This document shows, piece after piece, positions 49,220 to 62,774 of a stretch of 64,000 nucleotides of DNA. The DNA is taken from assembly GCA_973895155.1 (NCBI GenBank), contig OZ316894.1:25604709-25668708 (forward strand). Reading direction: 5' to 3'. The notes below the pieces were generated by a model. That model saw nothing but the letters and a program-made list of their open reading frames with translations. It did no database searches and was not told the origin of the DNA. Origin of the DNA: Marsupella aquatica (taxonomy: Eukaryota; Plantae; Marchantiophyta). Position 1 is the first letter of the stretch. Each line of letters starts with the position of its first letter. The translations under genes were made by a program, and so were the position numbers.

Positions 49220-49418
49220 CCATGGCCAAGAAAGGCCATATTGGATATCATAGTGTTTACATCAGAAATAAATAATAGAAATATATTCTCTGGCCAATTG
49301 AGGGCTCTAGACAGTCAGACCATGGCCAAAAAAGGCCATATTGGATACCATAGTGTTTACATCAAATATAAAAATATAAAAATATATTCTCAAGCCAACT
49401 GAGGGCTCTAGACAGTCA
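49220..49418. repeat. ~100-bp tandem duplication
   Basis: CCATGGCCAA.AAAGGCCATATTGGATA.CATAGTGTTTACATCA...GAGGGCTCTAGACAGTCA twice, starting at 49220 and 49320. Confidence 0.9.
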
Positions 49419-50454
49419 ATAATGTTGTCCATCCGTCTATGTGCAGTGCAGGAAGAAACAAAGGGGTGGGGACTTGGGAGTCAGCCATACTCTGCTCTCA
49501 TTGGTTGTCGCCAACTCATGATTTCTGTTCTACAGAGTACTTCTCTCTCCATGGAGCCTGCCCTTAGCGTGCCTGCCCTCAGCGTGCAACCCAAAAAGAA
49601 TATTGGAATAAAAAGTAGCATGTGCCTTATATTTATATTCTGTAGTGAAAGTCAAGAAATCAAAATTGGTAGGAGGCGTGTGCAAGATCAGTTTGATCGG
49701 GCAGGACGCAAATGGAGAAAGGTTGGTCTTCAAGCAAGCACTAGGGATGTACTGACAAGGTCTGGCTTCGATGGCAGAGAGTACTTACTCGTTTTAGAGG
49801 GGAAACAGCTTTTGAGAAAGCTGCAACACTGTAGCTTGAAGGCACGGAGCCAACGGTAGTATTAATGAGAACGAGAATGATAACATAAATCGTCGGGCAA
49901 TGAGTGAAGTACAGAATTGAACGAAGGGGAGATTATTTTCTAAAAGAGCCTTGGAGTATATATAATCCATGAGCATATTCTTAGCCAAGTAAGGGCTCAC
50001 AAACAATAGGGTTGTTGAGAACCTAATGATAGCTAATATAACACATCAAAAGAACAAAAACCTGTCTTACTGAGAGATGTGATCCCAAAGGCCAAAAACT
50101 CAACCAACTGAGGAAAACAATGGGGAAAATAAAAGAGCCAAAAAGCCCAAGAGCCGGAAAATTCCAAGAGTGTGAGCTTAAAAGAGCTAAAGACGCCCAG
50201 AGAGGCATGACTTTGTGGTAGCTCACTTGAATGAGTAGAGACTGATAAATCTTGGGTTCAACTATTGTGGATTGGCTCTTCCCTTTCTGTGGGGTTTCAC
50301 AGATTTCCCTTCAAAATTATTATAAAAAAATTATTATAAAAAAAAAACTAAAGACTTACTGAGCCATAACTTGAAAAGCTTGGTAGATGCAAGGGTTTTC
50401 CTAAGAGGGTCAAAGAGTAATTTGACTTGATGCCCTCAAACCAATTGCGTGAGC

Positions 50455-50512
50455 AGGCTTAAGGATAGTGAATGCATAAGCCTGCTTAAGGATAGTGAAT
50501 GCATGAGCCTGC
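50455..50512. repeat. 27-bp tandem duplication
   Basis: GCTTAAGGATAGTGAATGCAT(A/G)AGCCT x2. Confidence 0.85.
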
Positions 50513-50752
50513 TGGAGAGCAATGGACACTTGCTACCAAAAGGAGCCAGTGAGGACTGATAAAGGGGGGTAAGGCGGTTGCCTGAATAGCAGATTCCTGG
50601 AGAAAATGTTCAAAGAGAGAGTGTAGGGACTCAAACACCTCCAAAGCTAGCAGGCAGAAAAGATCCACATCATAAACCTCCTCCTTCAGCTGAGCTGCCT
50701 TGGTTGCCTTGGTTGCAACATGGCCCGGAATATGGGATAAATTAAACTATCA

Positions 50753-50837
50753 TTCCCATCAGAAGTATCTGCAATGAACATATTATTGAGGGCTTCCCAT
50801 CAGAAGTATCTGCAATGACTACATTATTGAGGGCTTC
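50753..50837. repeat. 41-bp tandem duplication
   Basis: TTCCCATCAGAAGTATCTGCAATGA.....TTATTGAGGGC x2. Confidence 0.88.
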
Positions 50838-53574
50838 TACACTTGCCCGGGGAAAGATCAACCTGGCATCTGTTTGGTGTGGTCCTATTTGGGGTGGAAG
50901 CATATAGAGCTGCTCCATTGTGACACCATCTTGGGATGTAAGCACATGGAGTTGCTCCATTATTGTGACCTGGTATTTTGAGTTGCGGGCTACCATTGCC
51001 AAGAGAAATTGTTAGGGAAAGGCCAAGTGAAATAAAGGTGCCTATGAAATGACCTGATCCTCCAATTGACCCAAAGTCCTTGGTCACAAGTCTCCGCAAG
51101 ACTTGAAGGTCTCCACAAGACTTACCGACAGATGGAGGTAGCCCTTGAACCTCACCCCCGCGATGGACTGTAGACTGACAGTCAGAGAGAGACTCAAACA
51201 ATCTGCCTGCCCCACACTGGATGTACTTTGTCGTACTCAAAGTACTGATTTCCCGTCACTCCGTAGAAGAGAGGCATCAGCCCTTCGAAAAGGATGGCCC
51301 TGGTGCACACGTTTCCACTATGAGAAACAGTATTCGTCCATACCCACCAACGAGTAAAGTCCTCTCGTTTGCGTTTGCTCCCACTTGCCATGAGAAGGAT
51401 ACTTAGTCTTAACAAAGCTACAGTAGGAAGGGACTCCTACTGTAGGTACCTTACGACTAACAACGTGACCGCAGAAAAAAGAGCCCTGCTGGACTTGGTA
51501 CAATACTGAAACGATCAGAGCTCTGCAATCCATGGACTTCCTTCCTGTAAGAAACTTGGCACTGTCCACTGGCCGGTCTCTTGGAGCTCTGCCACTCCTG
51601 CAGTAGTTAAGTCGTCTTGCTAACTCCTTCCGTGTGAAGTCTGCTTCTCTCCTGGCACCGGCCTCCCCGATTCTCTGGCTGTTGACCTTTGGTGCCCTCC
51701 GGGTGCCGACCCCCTTTTTGTGGGCCACCCGTGTTTTATGCTGACTTTGTGAATGAAGTTCATTGAGTTTTTTCGAGGAAAGACAAAAAAACCTGGCACT
51801 GTGGAGTTTAAAATAATTTTCGAAACACCTTGGATGAATATAGCTGTACATCTTCGAGAACAGTGAGGTTTACACGATGATGTGTGGATCAAATGTTACG
51901 GCTTTCAACAAAGCCTCTAGTTCGTGTGAGAACTTAGCCAAGGTCCCAAGGATACACGACACACAATCACCAATTCTGGAGAATCCTTTTAGATTTTATC
52001 ACGTACACATACAAATGATGCCGGGACGACAGCAGATGAATTGATGACCACCTGGTTGAAAGTGAGAAGTTGGTGGGGGGATTTGCATACCACGTCGAAG
52101 CCCCCGGTGCACCTGGGCATGGACTCTTCTGTCCCTCCAAATCAAAGGAACTGTAAAGAGTGTCGAGCTTTCCAGATATGCAACCTGGAAACGACCATGA
52201 AAAACTGACGACGAAACACATGTTTGGTTCTTTGTGGATGCAAAGCAACATAATCATAACCGACGCTCTTTGGAAGCAATCAAGACATGGTTGACCGATT
52301 CTCTTGGCGCCCATGCATCAAAGACGTCTCATCATACGAAAAGACTGCCGTACGAGATGTCTTGGTGAGGGGTTCTTTATGAGCAGCAAAGACCAAAAGG
52401 AAGCTCACAACGTGGACTCGTGGAGGATCGAGAGTGCATCCTTTAATTAATAAAATGGCAGTCCTACTCCGCCCTTGTCATAAAGAAAAGCCAAAGGACC
52501 CATACTGGGGCAGACAGGATCCAAGAGCAGGGGACCGAATAAAGGGGGAACACACTGCCAAAAGGCCCAAAAAGCCAGTCCTCAACAAGAGCACGAACTA
52601 AAACCTTACCAAGCAACAAACCTAAAACTCCAGTAAAGTTCAGGAGTAACTGCATAGGAGGGGAAATTTACTCAGGTGTGCACTAAACGAGGGTTTTCAC
52701 TTTGTGAGACTTGCACACCCATAGAATTGTGCCTTATCATGCAAGACAGTATGCTTTATAGTGAACAGTCTTGTGGGTCGCAACCTAAATTTTATATTCT
52801 TGCTCTAATTCTTTGACCTGTTATAGAAGTGGTTAATTACTATACTCAAATATGGCATGCACTTATTGGGATTTTCCACTTAATTACTTATGAAGGTTGC
52901 ACATGTAAAGTTGTCATTTAGCTAAAATATTTCAAACTTTTTGGAACTTATAAAAGGTGCAAGAAATAAGTGTAAACTCAGTAAGAAAAAGGGAAAAACA
53001 TGAAGCCTTGCAGTTAACCAGTTTTTGTACTTAGAGAGATTCTACTGTACTCCATTGTACTTTGTTGGGTCCCTTTTCAGTAGATTATTATTATTGGTAC
53101 CTTTTCACTTCCCAGTTCCCACAAAGCAAAAGTAGCCATTACACTGTACATTATCGTAGAGAGAAAACTGTAAAAGTACAGACGTACTGTACATAACTTA
53201 GAGACACTGGACACTGCATGGCCTGGGACAAAGCAAAAGCAACCATTAAAATGTACAGGTTTCTGTAAGAGTGCAAACTGTACACGTACAAATGGACAGG
53301 TCATGAAATACACTGGACTGCATGGCATGGCACGCCATCATCGTGGTATGTACCGCAACAGCAGCACAAACATCCACGGTCATGCAGACAGTGATATGTC
53401 ATGGAGTACCATGGGCAACAACCATGCATGCATTCACATACTTTGCTCATGATCCCGCCAACGCCCCTCCGTGCGCTCCCATCTAATAACCCCACCTAAA
53501 ACGGTAGCGCCCTCTTCCTTCTCTCTAAACTGACCGTGGTTCAGCCAGAAGCAAGTTAGTGTTCGGAAGAGCGG

Positions 53575-53950
53575 TGAGATAGACAAACAAGAACCTCGGT
53601 TTGAAAAGAGAGAAACCTTCTTGTATTTTGGATAAAACGACTGGACGCAGTCAGGAGATAGAGGGAGCTCTTCGACGCCGTTTTGGTCCTGTCAGAAACA
53701 AGTCCCTGGGAGAGCTGGTAGACACAAAAATCAGGATGGTTCCGTTTGTGACGAATGGATGCAGTTTTTTGAAACAGGACATGGACAGCTCACTGCGGCG
53801 CGGTTGCGGTCCTGCCAGAAACAAGACACCAGAAGAGCTGTTAGATAGATAAACAAGAAGCCTGTGGAGAATGAAACCTTCGCTATTTTGGATGAAACGA
53901 CTGGACGCAGTCACAGAAACAGGAGACAGAGAGAGCTCTGAGATGCCGCT
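53575..53950. repeat. Interleaved degenerate repeats (A-B-B-A)
   Basis: GAAACCTTC..TATTTTGGATrAAACGACTGGACGCAGTCA near 53612 and 53874; GGTCCTGyCAGAAACAAG....AGAGCTGkTAGA near 53685 and 53808. Confidence 0.75.
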
Positions 53951-56900
53951 GCACGGCTATACGGTATATGGCATGACTATTGATTAACGACTCCTTCGGT
54001 AGGTTAGAGGGGCCACGTCATACATACATACATACAGTCAGGTTATAATTATGTTCAGCTGAACAAGATCTTGACTAAGTTACCGTACGTTAACGTACAC
54101 AGTCATTTTCAACTCTCTGCAGCTCGCGGGAAATGTATCGGCCGGCCAGTTGCTTTTCCAGGTTAGACGTCGCTAACTTTGGCCCTGCCAGGTGGAGGTC
54201 TGGTGACCAGGTGTTCCCCTAATTTTGGTGGGTGGGGAGTGGGGGCGCTGTGACGATTAGCGTACAGTTGGCAGTCACGATGGACGTGGCTATGAGGCAA
54301 CTTTCGCGACACAATTTCACTTTCTTTTTTCTTTTTTTCCAGAAAGGGCGGAGGGCGAAGAGCTCCGGGTTGTGGGGCGAGGAGGGGCGCTGTATTTTAT
54401 ATGATCCAGGAACCGAAGGAATATTGCCCAGAGGCCACCACAATAACAAGGTGCAGAAAAGCCTGACCCCAACACAACCAAGCTAGATAACCAGTGGGAG
54501 AAGAAAAGCAACCCAAAGATTGCTAAAGAAAGGTTAGGGAGTTTAGGGTGGCTTTACAAGAACTTGGGGGCAGCCATTCCATTTTTTCTAAGTGAAAGAT
54601 GCAATCCTAGCCATTCATATGTGGGAACTGGCCACACTTCACTTTACATGAACTTGGGGACACAATGAACCAAAAGCATTACCAAACCTAGTCATCTGTA
54701 GTGGGCCCCTTGTGGGTCCCTTTTTTTGCTGAGGTGTGCAAGCTTTTTTGTCCAAAACTGAGACCTCCTCTTGAGGTGGTCTAAAAACTTGGAGCAAACC
54801 ACCGCTTGTTTTCAGGGAATTGCATTGATTACTTCCATACCTGACACATTTTGGCTCAGGCATTTTAACTTTTGTGGAAGGAAATGGCCATCAGCTTTGC
54901 TCTGGATGGAGAGAGAGTGAACGGCCCCCACCGTCTTGTAAAGTCCCCCTTAGGGACACCAGGACATTCCTGGCGGTGAATCTCTTAGTACATTTGAATC
55001 GGAACACTGCAGAGGACCATGCGATTTTCCTTTCCATGCTTTCTTACGCCCATGGATTGAAATTCATTTAGACACACCACAAAAAAACACTGTGGTGTTA
55101 CATGTGAACCACCTGAGTGGAACCTAGAGGTTTAGGGTTTACGATCAGCCCAAGGGTGACTCATGGCTGGCAGGTCCCAAGTTCAATCCTTCACAACAAT
55201 TATGCTTCAATTGGTCACTCCGCTGGTTTTTGCCGCGGGGCTCTTTGAAACACATCTTGCACTTCGTCACTTTCCCAAAAAAACAACAACAAAAAATATG
55301 CTTCAATTGTAGCTTTGGATGCTGTTTCTAACCAACCTTGGATGGGCTATAGTACATGAACCCAATATTTGTGCGTTGCATAATTATTATTGCAATTCAG
55401 TTGTTGTCCATGGCGGAGTTGTCATTGCGGCCAGTTCATTGTTGTGGAATTTTGCTATTCTCACCATGCAGTCTGTGCAATCACACTGTCTCCTTCGCAG
55501 GCAAACATATACATAAGATTGGACCAAAGGTGGAGGGCACGTCAGGCACATCCAATGGTGCAGAATTATGACCATGTTATCAAACAAACCCTAATTGTTC
55601 TGGCCCATGTTACTTTTTTGGGTACAAAAACTCCAGGGAAAAAATGGTAGAATTGCTTGTATATTGTTTAGATAGATGTGTGTCATATATGCTTGTAGTA
55701 GTGTGTGGTACTCTATGGGCTGTTTATCAAATGTTTTGTATGATCAAGAAAGCTTCTTTCTCAATTTTGTTTTTCACTCGGCCTCAGTTCTGAAGACAAT
55801 GAATGAATTTATCGACTAATAATTACTAGAGATAATAGTCACAAAATATGTGAGATGAATCATGAAACAATGAATAAAATTAAAACACTATCTTCATAAG
55901 AAACTGATCTTCACTAGTGATTAGCATCCAGTATAAATAACTAAAGACACTCCACAGAATGTATTGACTAGATCAATCTATAAGCAAAACATCAATGGTC
56001 AGAGCTACTATTGTTATAGTTGTTGACAAAGGTATGAAAAAGGGGACTGTTCCGAAGCCATCAGTAGTGCAATTTACTGCTGAACGTATGGAGGGCACCA
56101 ATTTTACATGGATGTGTGTCTAACCTTTACATTTTGATGTGGCATTTGGGTCAATTGATTTGTTGATACCACCTCCAATGGCCAATGTTTTTGTTGGGCC
56201 ATTGTATCTTACTAATAAAGCTCAATGCAAAGCAATTTTCAAGGGCTATTGTGTAGAGGGTGAAGTCTTTAGACCTTAACTCTCTATAATGACAAAACAG
56301 AAAAATAGAGTACGAACAAAACAAAGATAGGACAAAAATGAACCAAAAATAGTATATAATCATTTTTATTGGAGGATTCTTTATTCTCTTGGTCTCTATT
56401 TATGTTCAAGTATTTTGGGGGCAATAATCAAATTAGGGGTGGGGGAGAAAAATGGGGATGGGGTAGTGCACCACATTTGAAAATAGGGCCTCAAGTGAAG
56501 AGAGACGGTGGAGTAAGGGCCGCATGTGAAGAGAGTCGATAGATTAGGGAGACCAATTGTGAAGAGGTCAGCTGATCATGTCATCAAGGGTTGAGGGCTA
56601 TGGCCACCTCTTCTTCAATTGCTTGAAGGAGCTTTGGTCAGCTGCTGTCATCAAGGGTCGACACTTGTTTAACCTCATCTCTATTCAACATGTTCATTTG
56701 TTCAAAGAACAGATAGTTGTGCTACTGTATTGGCTCATAAATGATAGTGCCCCTTTCCCGTTCCATTTGTCCTTGAGGGTCACGGCCTAGAGGCTTACCT
56801 TATAGAAGGTAAATTTTTGTTCCAGTTTTCAATCTTGCTTTATTAAACAGATAGTTGGATTTTCAATTTGCACTATCAAATATTATATTATTTTGAGTTG

Positions 56901-59106
56901 AGAAAGGTACCTTTCTCATTTCTCAACTCATAATAGATTGGGTGAGTGGAGCCTTCACGTGCTAATCCGGGAACATGCTTTAGTCAGATTTCAATATTCA
57001 TTATCAATTAATTGTATTATTATGACCTGGGTAAAGGTACACTAAGTAGATTGACTGAGTGGACCCTTGGGAATAGTGTGGTGCATCACTTGTCATTAGT
57101 GTTATCATCATGTGTAATTTGTGAATTTTGTGATGTTACCTTGTGAGGTGAGGGAGTCTACTCAGGTTATAGTGTATTATTGAGATTTCTTATATATATT
57201 TTTGTTTCAATTTTCATTTGACAAAGTGCATCTTTTGTAGTGTTGGACTTTGAACTTGTCCCCCCCCCCTTCTTATGGTTTTTAATTTCATTTTTCTACA
57301 TGCCCTCTTTTGGTCCATATTTATTTTCCAATCTTGCCAACCCTTTGTTAGAATATGTTATTTTTATCTTTATATTTCAATTATATTAGATTTCATACAT
57401 GTGCGCTACTTAAACCATTAACTGTCTCTTCCCAAGAGCGTGAGAATGTGAGAAATACATGGAGTGTGAGAACAAACACTTCAAGATAATGCCAACCCTC
57501 CCCTTTAACTACTATTTAGAATGCTGTTTTCAAAGTTTAATGTTTTGAGTGACTTTAGTGTCACTAACTAAAGTCATTATGAGATAAACACAGAAGGCCC
57601 ACCACTCTTTTGAAAGAAATTCATTCTTGTGTACTAGAAACTGATGACATATATGGGGATAAATGTGGGGTCAACACTTTGTAAGGCTGTGAACAATGAG
57701 GAGAGGGCACCCGTACCAAGCCACCCAAGACTATTTATTTTTGCTTTAAAGTGGTCCATAAGAAATTCATCTCAACTCAAAAAAAGAATGATTATTGATT
57801 CTTGTTGAGATCAGAATTTTTTTGAGCAGTAAAGCTGCTTTACTTCCTTTTTGGAGATACTCAGAACTTTAGTTAGATACGATAGGAGTAAAAGATTTTT
57901 AATACAATTTGGGAAGGTTGCTTAAAGTTGGGGCAACCTCATATATATAGTGAGAATAACTAAGAATAGCATGCAGCATAGATGTATATTTAGACTTCTA
58001 TATACCTGTAATACTTGGGTGCATCCAGATGATCTCGAGGTCAAACGAGTGTTGTGTATCATGTGTTTTCCATGTAGTGTACTAGCTAAGAGTGTTAGGT
58101 TCATTCATCAGATCTCGAGGTCAAACCTGTACAGTCAAACCTCTACATCTTCACATCAGGGTTGAGGGGGGATCTTTTACATGATTCGGTCATGGCGTCA
58201 TTGAAATGGCCCAGACAAATCTTGAGAAATATAAAGAAACATATATGGACAGGGAGCCCTTCAAAAGGGGAATGAATTGAGTATTTTCTAAAAAATCGAG
58301 GGGGAATAACAAAATACACACGAGCAAACCCCACCAAAGCACATGTCAACTTTATTGAGTGTCACTGAAAGAATAGCACTTGAGCTGGTCATATGGGATC
58401 CACCCTATCTAGCATGCCCATCTTGGAACATGCTTTATATTTTGTCTTCCAGTGATATGCAAGTATTTTGTCTTATAGTGATATGTAAGTGGATAAAATA
58501 TGATAATAGAACTAAAATACATATTAAGTGCGAGTGGGATAAAATAATATAAATAGAGCATATGCAAAAAAACTCATATAGTAAGTGACCAGTGAAAATT
58601 TCAGTCAAGTTCTATGACACAAAGGTAATGAGTGACCAATGGAAAAAGTACAATCAAGTCAAGACACAAAGGTGCTACGATGTGTTGTTGAGTATTGCTC
58701 TTAGTTTGTGACTCTAGGGTTAATCACAGTTAAGCTAACTCAGGTTAGGACTTAGCTTAGGTTAACAGTGATGCATGTTGTATATAACCAGGGCTGATGC
58801 CAGTCCCTGGTGGATCTTCAGTTCATTGTTGGAGTGGAGCAAGAGAGAAATAAAGGTCTCTTGTTTTCCCGTGGACGTAGCCTCAGTTGTGAGGTGAACC
58901 ACGTACTCGCTGTGTCGACTACTTTGTATGGTGTTCACATGTGCATGGTGTCTCGGGATATGGATTATCTTCAACAAGTGCAGTTATTAACTCAATGTGC
59001 CTTATTAATGACACTTAATTCAATAAAAAACCGTAAACTTAGGAAAGAAAGCATGAGAGAAATTTAAAGACCCTGTGTGTTCAAGTTATTTAGAATCATT
59101 TCTCTC

Positions 59107-59858
59107 AAGAGATTTGCTTGGTGGGACCCTCAAATGAAACCAACCGCTACTCAACCAGACCCACTAAGTCTAAAATGGCTCGGTGGACCCCAAATGTATG
59201 TTCAAACTGGTATGCTGTGAGAATATCCGGTTGCCAGGACTTCAGGAAGCGGACTCGGGTGAGAGGGGGAGAAGTGAGGGCGGGGCAAGAGGGTCAGGAC
59301 AACTTGCTCCCTCCCATTAGCCTGTACTGCCCGTTGAAGGCTCGGATGGTGCTTCATGTTCTCTACAATATGTCTACAAAAACATTCTGTTGCTACAATG
59401 GTTTCAATAGAGAGAGAGAGAGTGCAGTTGTTCCATCCAGTACTAGATAGAGCGCAGTTGCTCGATCATCGCACCCTGAACTGAAATGTCTCAAATTGAA
59501 GCATTTGGAGTTGCCCTAAATTTCACTTGGAGCGTATCTTTGACCCCGCAGTTCCATATCAGCATTCTGTCCCAACGGGCCCAAAAAATTTCTTGGGAGA
59601 ACTTTGGCCTCCCTGCCCGTGAGCCCCAACGAGTGTTGAAGGGTCAATATTGGGAGGGAACAGGTTGTCCAGTCCCTCTCCCCAACCCTCACTTTTCCCC
59701 CCTCTCACCCGCTTCGGCTGCCTGAAATCCTGGCAACCCGGTTTTCTCAGAGGATGCCCGTTCGAACATACATTTGGGGTCCCACCAAGCCATTTTAGAC
59801 TTAGTGGGTCTGGTTGAGTCGGCTGTTTTTGTTTGAGGTCCCACCAAGCAAATCTCTC
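59107..59858. mobile_element. Mutator-like non-autonomous element with ~210-bp TIRs and 10-bp TSD
   Basis: AGAGATTTGCTTGGTGGGACC...ACTCAACCAGACCCACTAAGTCTAAAATGGCT... is inverted at ~59645-59857; TSD CATTTCTCTC at 59097-59106 and 59859-59868. Confidence 0.92.
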
Positions 59859-60279
59859 CATTTCTCTCTCATATGAGAAGACTTGAAACTTTGTTCAAGT
59901 GGTAGAAATTAAAGTAGTTTGTTTATCTAAGAGATAACAAAAATTAAGAGGGCTCCCAAAATGAGTTCCAAATTTTCTAAGATACCAAAAACTAAAGGGG
60001 TCCAAAAATTAATAAAAAAATCTATATGATACAAAGTATTCCCCTTGATAAGGCAAATGAAATCGAGAATGAAATAAATACATGACATAAAAAATCTGAA
60101 TAAGAAAAAATCTGAAAGGTGTATTCTCCATATAGCAGCTTCAAAAATGAGCTGGTCATGAGGGATCCACCATATTATGTAGCAACCTCTTTGGAAAATT
60201 TGTTGGGAAATTAGGGAATAGGTAGGACCTCTTCAATTCTTAGTTTGGAAAAGTAAATCTAGACAGTGCCAGAGACTTG

Positions 60280-60960
60280 TTGAGTTTGTCTACTCAATTA
60301 TGTCTGGTAAATATGGCACAAACCATGGCTAGGTTCTTTCTGGGGTTCTTTCATAGACCACTTGAAAGCATTCAAACCAAGTACCACAACATGAATTGTG
60401 CATTGAAATGTAACCTTGACATGGGCACAGAGAATTGGCTTGCAGGTAGAGAAAACCAGTGCTGCACGTTTTCTTATATAGTACCTACAACTACCACAAA
60501 TGCCTATGGCGCAAAACACATTGAACCCACCTGAGAGAGAGTTTGGAGAAGAACCTGAGTAAGTTTATAAACTGGTTAGTAAAGCTGAAGCAGAACCCAT
60601 TGCAGGAGGGGTACTGATAGGGATTGAACTCAGACCAGTTGATCACAAGTCACCCCTAGCCTGGACACCTAAGGTGAACACCAAGGACTTAGGTGATTCA
60701 CAAGATAATAGGGCACAAAAGCCAAAATAAGAGTAAGAGATGCTCGAAATGTACAAGTTTTGGGACAGAGGTGCATGTAAAAGGACGTATCTCAGAGACC
60801 TACCTATAGAGTCATCCCTACTCCAAGCTTACAACATGGAGCCTTCTCACAACAATGACTGCCTGGGACGATAACCTTTACAACATTACATTTAAAATAT
60901 CTGCAAAGAATAAAATGCCCCATACTGGAAGATAGGATCCCAATGGCACGAAACCCAACA
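60280..60960 (+). pseudogene. Possible LINE ORF2 3' remnant (zf-RVT region) interrupted by a tRNA-B-box-like insert
   Basis: Fragments W*IWHK / FFLGFFHRPL / NQCC / TWSLLTTMTAW across frames resemble LINE C-termini; minus-strand GAGTTCAATCCC near 60620-60631. Highly degenerate. Confidence 0.3.
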
Positions 60961-62623
60961 AATTGGGGAAAATAAAGCGAAAATCAGGGAAGACTGAAGA
61001 GCCAAAATTTATAGAGTTATATGCAAGTGATCAGCAATTCGATGATGCCCACTTTTCTTCTTCCTTTTATTACAGATTTTGCTATAAGATTAATTTTTTT
61101 GTTAAATTCCTTCATCCAAATGTTTAGTTATCATCATTCCATGACCAAGCAGGGTCCTGCTTCACATTTCTTCATGTAAATTCTTACACTATTATTGTAC
61201 AGGTACCTGTGGTGCACAACACAATGAACTCACCCCCTAACTCACACAATGGTTGGAGCACAACCCATTGCCATACTGGAATTGGAACTAGACCTGAGCC
61301 GTCTGTTTGGCATTGATAGAATTGGCAGACATCAATGGCCTAAAAGTCATCAGCTGATCAACTTGACATGCTCTTGTTTACGGAATTGACTGTTCTTAAA
61401 TTTGGTAGTAGTGACAACAGGTCTAATACTGCCCACTTTTGTTAAGAATTGCGGGAAGAATTGAGTGAGCTGTGAATTTTCAAAGATTACCCCACCACTT
61501 ACTGTACATTTGTCAGGCTTCCAAAAGTTGTTGATTGATCAGAAAACCCTGACCTTCAATTGATACTTATATGGAGTGGAATTGACTCTTCTTGGGTTCC
61601 TTAGAAGTTCCTTAGTCTTGGAAATATCTTTCCAACTTGTCTAAGAGTATCTCTAGCATTTAAGGGCCAATGACCTCCAAACCCAAAATTTTAGCGCATT
61701 TGGAGGCCTAGAAACTAGAAAAGCTTTCATATTGAATTCAGTCACTAGTAGTTCCCCCCTTGGTTGACCTCCGTCCTCTCCAAAGTGATGTGTTGTCATA
61801 CCGAAGTTCAAAACGTCAGGCAAATAGAGGTCAGGATCAAGTTGTTCTCTTAGCTGCCACTTCTTCTACATATGGCAGTCAGGGTTATGAAAATGGAAGC
61901 TGGCTGCCATTTATGTAGGAATAGGGCCCAGTTCTAGGAAGCCATCCCTCATAAATCATCCCCTATGTGTTCTTGTAGAGGTTATTGGCTCATTTTGACC
62001 CTACTATTGGAGATGTCCTAACATTGCTAGCTTCATGAAGACTTGAAAAACTAGGAATTTCCAAAGATAATTGTCTTGTCGTGTAGCTTTTCACTCTCAT
62101 CATGTGTGCTATGTATCATTTGAGTAGAAAGAATACATAGCCTACAAACAAACGGGGCCAACTTGGAGACACCATACCAAAGGCAAGAGACCCAGTAAAA
62201 GGAAACCCAGGAGACCAAAGAGATTAGATGCGGTGTATATTGGTTGGGAGAGCTCGGCAAATGTGTAAGTACATCCTGGCTTCAGTGTCAAAACCTTGTA
62301 GGGGAAGCCAATTTGTTTTGGTCAGTTGGCCAAAGGATGAGCCTAGAACCAAGAGGTCCCAGATTCAATCATCCCTCCACACGCAGGGGGTGTGGAGGGC
62401 ATGTGTGTGTGAGTGGGGTGTAGTGGTGGGAGTATTGATTATCCTCTCAGCCCCTTGTTGCCTGCTTTGGGGTTCTGGTCTAATCCTCTCTCCCTCCTGG
62501 TCGGGTCCCCTCCTGTCTAGTCCATGTGGGATCCCTGGGTATTGTCCCCTTGTGGTTACCCTACATAAAAATGGATGCTCCTTACCAGGACGTCTATACT
62601 CTCTTTGATGGCCTGCTTTTCTG

Positions 62624-62774
62624 TTTTCAAGGCAAAAAAATCCTGGTGGGGGATGAGGACTACTCTACAGTTTTCAAGGCAAAAAAATCCTTCTGCGGGA
62701 CGAGGACTAGTCTAGAGATGGGCCGGCTTTCTTTTTTCAAGGCCAAAAAAAACCTTGTGGGGGGATGAGGACTA
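62624..62774. repeat. Three copies of TTTTCAAGGC(C)AAAAAAA..CCT..TG.GGGAyGAGGACTA
   Basis: Copies start at about 62624, 62671 and 62734. Confidence 0.85.

Noticed and set aside
60600-60660. tRNA gene
   Set aside because: Only a B-box-like motif; no complete cloverleaf, at most SINE-derived.
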